Part shown: positions 63,011 to 64,000 of the stretch, in pieces
Numbering within the stretch: position 1 is the first letter of the stretch
Layout: each line of letters opens with the position of its first letter
From: Scyliorhinus canicula
Lineage: Eukaryota
NCBI RefSeq assembly: GCF_902713615.1
Contig: NC_052156.1
Span: 47,310,357 to 47,374,356 of the forward strand
Length of the DNA stretch: 64,000 nt
Reading direction: 5' to 3'
The notes under the pieces: model-generated
What the model was told of the DNA's origin: nothing
The model's database searches: none
What the model saw: only the letters and a program-made list of their open reading frames with translations
Position numbers and translations under genes: made by a program

Positions 63011-63339
63011 GCACATGTGTTGGCACAAGTGTAGTTTCATATAGTTAGTCAGGGGGGAGGTATATATGCGTGCATGCGTCCACCCCCATCCGTCTAGAAG
63101 ATGCTCATGGTGTGGGAAGGTGGCACGATTGAAGAGCTGGTGGGGGGGTGGAGATTCAGGATGATGGGAAGGTCGGGTGAAATGGTAAGGGGGAGGGTGG
63201 GGTGAAAGAGTAAGGGCAGTTGAGGGGCGGTGGAAAGCTCTATGGGACAGGAGGGCTGGAGGACAATGGGGGGGGGGCGTGATGGCGATGGAGCTACCAG
63301 ACTTTACGCCTCCTTGTCGGTGAAGCAAGAGTTGATGAG

Positions 63340-64000
63340 GTAATCCCTGGTTCGACGGCCCTGCATAACCGTTTCTGTGGCCTGTTAACCCAGCTCCAGG
63401 TCTCACGAGTTCCTGCTAGAGGTCCTGGTCCTCCTCATCCAACGAGGCCTGATATTTCTCTTTCTCCTCCATCATGTCACCCAGCTGCTGCACCAGCTTG
63501 TGCAGCACACAGTAGGCCACCAAGAGGCACAAGACCCTCGGGGCTGTATTGGAAAGCCCCACCAGAGTGGTCCAGGCAGCGGAAGTGCATCTTCAGTAGC
63601 CCCTTGCACCATTCGATGATGCTCCAGGTTGCTGAGTGTGCTTTATTACACCTGGCCTCCACCTCAGTTTGGGGCCTCAGTAGAGGCCTCATCAGCCATT
63701 ATCTAAGTGCATATGCCGTGTCATTCATTATCCAACCCCTCATCTGAGGGAGCGCCTCAAAGGCACTGGGAAACTTACACGAGTTCACCAGGATATATGT
63801 GTTGTGCAGGCTAACTAGGTAGTGTTCATATGAGTGCATGACGTGCAGCTGGTGATCGCACACCAACTGCACATACAGGGAGTGTAACCCCTTCCTGTTG
63901 ATGAAGGGCTCCCCCTGTTGAACTAGTGTCCGGAGGACCGCATGCGTGCCATTGATAACTCCCTGGACCTGAGATATGACAGTGAATTCTGTTCTGCAGC
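63340..64000 (-). pseudogene. Harbinger DDE transposase relic (runs off the window)
   Basis: Minus-strand QVQGVINGTH, FINRKGLHSLYVQLVCDH, WLMRP and NKAHSATWSIIEWCKGLLKMHFRCLD. Convergent with the Myb/SANT gene. Confidence 0.88.

Noticed and set aside
63340-64000. Domesticated host HARBI1 gene
   Set aside because: It has stops, frameshifts and altered catalytic motifs, and multiple similar relics occur in the window.

Overview
This window is eukaryotic, vertebrate DNA. The repeat set (HE1/V-SINEs, DeuSINEs, CR1, L1/Tx1) points to a shark or other elasmobranch, which is an inference. The whole window lies inside one + strand gene, receptor-type tyrosine phosphatase gamma (ptprg). Seven coding exons (9842-9933, 42602-42693, 50808-50904, 51475-51557, 52150-52284, 52824-52958, 56432-56604) splice in frame through GT-AG junctions. 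They encode the juxtamembrane region and most of catalytic domain D1, up to the HC of the HCSAG motif. The introns hold many transposons: two Gypsy LTR retrotransposons with 5-bp TSDs, three Harbinger transposase relics (one paired with a spliced Myb/SANT gene), about ten GGGC-ended MITEs (several with exact 3-bp TSDs), L1/Tx1 and CR1 fragments, and several modular SINE families. Almost all other ORFs in the track are TE fragments or noise. The best leads are a Penelope-type foldback insertion carrying a hammerhead ribozyme core on the ptprg sense strand, candidate in-frame 36-nt and 6-nt microexons at the position where paralog PTPRZ1 has a microexon, a Harbinger/MITE system with relaxed target sites and a 30-bp periodic GCATGCG array, and head/tail swapping among SINEs. 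TE boundaries without a stated TSD are approximate.
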